NCBI GenBank assembly: GCA_002504725.1
Contig: DATN01000007.1
Location: forward strand, 1 to 47,543
Direction: 5' to 3'
From: Methanobacteriaceae archaeon UBA587
GTDB taxonomy: Archaea > Methanobacteriota > Methanobacteria > Methanobacteriales > Methanobacteriaceae
DNA length: 47,543 nucleotides
Positions 46,488 to 47,543 of the stretch are shown piece after piece. Below the pieces are notes generated by a model. That model did not search any database. It was not told where the DNA came from and saw only the letters and a program-made list of their open reading frames with translations. Position 1 is the stretch's first letter. Each line of letters opens with the position of its first letter. The position numbers and the translations under genes were made by a program.

Positions 46488-46525
46488 TCTTTCCCCGGAT
46501 AAAGTGCCCCCACTGCGGGGCCCAG

Positions 46526-47543
46526 ATGAAATTAGACTGGCGGAGGGATAATTCCCTCACCAATTTTTTTTATAACTGTCCCCAGTGCGAACTGAGTTCC
46601 CATATTTCCATAGAGGACTTTCTGGAAGAAAAAATAGAGAAAAAGCTGGGAATAAAAGCAGATAAACTGGAAACTGCTATTAAAAGAGGTAACATTAACT
46701 TTTTTCATTCTTTAGGGATTCCCACCCTGCAATTCCGCAAAGACGTGGGTCATATGGAATCCGGGACCCTGGTCTATCTTTCTGACCAGCTGGAGGTCAT
46801 CCGGGGGTTCCCCAAGATCCGCAGAACATTACTACTTTCTCCCACAGTGAAACTTCACTTTAAAGATAAAGTGGCAGTGGAGGAGAAGATGAATGGTTAC
46901 AATGTGCGTATTGCCTGTGTGGGATGTTCTGATGATGAATCAGACTCCTCATCTGAGCTGAATATCATCGCCCTCACCCGGGGAGGATACATCTGCCCCT
47001 TCACCACCAAGAAAGCCCAGGACCTCATGGATTTAGCCCCCTTCTTCAGGGACCATCCGGAACTGGTAATCTGTGGAGAGATGGTGGGCACAGATAACCC
47101 CTACGTATCCCAGTATTACCCCGAGATTGGTAAACTGGGTTTCCGGGTGTTTGACATCCGTCACAAACTCACCAACCAGCCCTTAACGGTGCAGGCCAAA
47201 CGGGACATTTTAGAAGAATACGGCCTGCCACCGGTGAATTTATTTGGCATATTCTCTGCTGATGAGGCGGCAGAAGAGCTGAAAAAGATCATAAAACAGG
47301 TTGGTCTGGAGAGGAGGGAGGGGGTGGTAATGAAGGATCCTCTCATGGAGATTGCTCCCCTGAAGTACACCTCATCCCAGGCCCATGACCGGGAGGTTAA
47401 ATACGCCTTCACCTATCCCTTTGACTTTGGCCGGGCCTTTTTCTTCTCCCGGGTAATAAGGGAGGGATTCCAGGCCTATGAGATGCAGGAATCTGAGGAA
47501 GAGATCCGGCAGCGGGCCCAGAGGATGGGTGAATCCATTATCT
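46526..47543 (+). CDS. ATP-dependent RNA ligase, Rnl3 family (MthRnl-like), 3'-truncated by window end
   Basis: Motif I EEKMNGYNVRIA (KxNG). LTRGGYICPFTT...ICGEMVG...REGVVMKDP nucleotidyltransferase motifs match archaeal RNA ligase. It runs off the window end, so the ORF track does not list it. Confidence 0.8.
   Translation, partial: MKLDWRRDNSLTNFFYNCPQCELSSHISIEDFLEEKIEKKLGIKADKLETAIKRGNINFFHSLGIPTLQFRKDVGHMESGTLVYLSDQLEVIRGFPKIRRTLLLSPTVKLHFKDKVAVEEKMNGYNVRIACVGCSDDESDSSSELNIIALTRGGYICPFTTKKAQDLMDLAPFFRDHPELVICGEMVGTDNPYVSQYYPEIGKLGFRVFDIRHKLTNQPLTVQAKRDILEEYGLPPVNLFGIFSADEAAEELKKIIKQVGLERREGVVMKDPLMEIAPLKYTSSQAHDREVKYAFTYPFDFGRAFFFSRVIREGFQAYEMQESEEEIRQRAQRMGESII

Noticed and set aside
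46897-47412. Two minus-strand ORFs (64 and 83 aa)
   Set aside because: They overlap the RNA ligase coding frame, which has clear ligase motifs.

Overview
This 47.5 kb window looks like a core chromosomal segment of a Methanobacteriaceae methanogen, most likely Methanobacterium-like. It is AT-rich; I estimate coding regions at roughly 40% GC and intergenic spacers at about 25%. Gene order after the hydrogenase operon appears to follow what I recall of Methanothermobacter: ACT protein, hom, queD/queE, five CBS-domain genes, then an Rnl3 RNA ligase.

Supported content:
- Four tRNA genes: Leu-UAG, His-GUG, Cys-GCA, and an intron-containing Trp-CCA whose intron carries a box C/D guide aimed at C34.
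- Housekeeping and metabolic genes: Hjc resolvase, nitroreductase, ICL/PEP-mutase family, MBL hydrolase, Ftr, Nnr, ArgG, Hom, QueD/QueE.
- Potassium handling: a trkH-trkA pair, plus a separate K+ channel/RCK protein with three internal repeat modules.
- SPFH/stomatin protein, two tandem TRAM-domain paralogues, and a PAS sensor-kinase-like protein.
- A complete 17-gene energy-converting hydrogenase B (ehbA-Q) operon. It carries Mrp-like membrane subunits, a 14-cluster polyferredoxin, a 2x[4Fe-4S] ferredoxin, [NiFe] small and large subunits and a NuoH-like subunit.
- A solitary Cas4-family Fe-S nuclease gene next to a small acidic protein.
- Five tandem CBS-domain genes followed by a 3'-truncated Rnl3 RNA ligase gene.

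I found no CRISPR array, transposase or integrase.

The most interesting leads are the Cas4-like nuclease pair, unannotated translationally coupled micro-ORFs inside the ehb operon, the triple-repeat K+ channel, the CBS-array/RNA-ligase locus, and short exact tandem or periodically spaced motifs in promoter regions.
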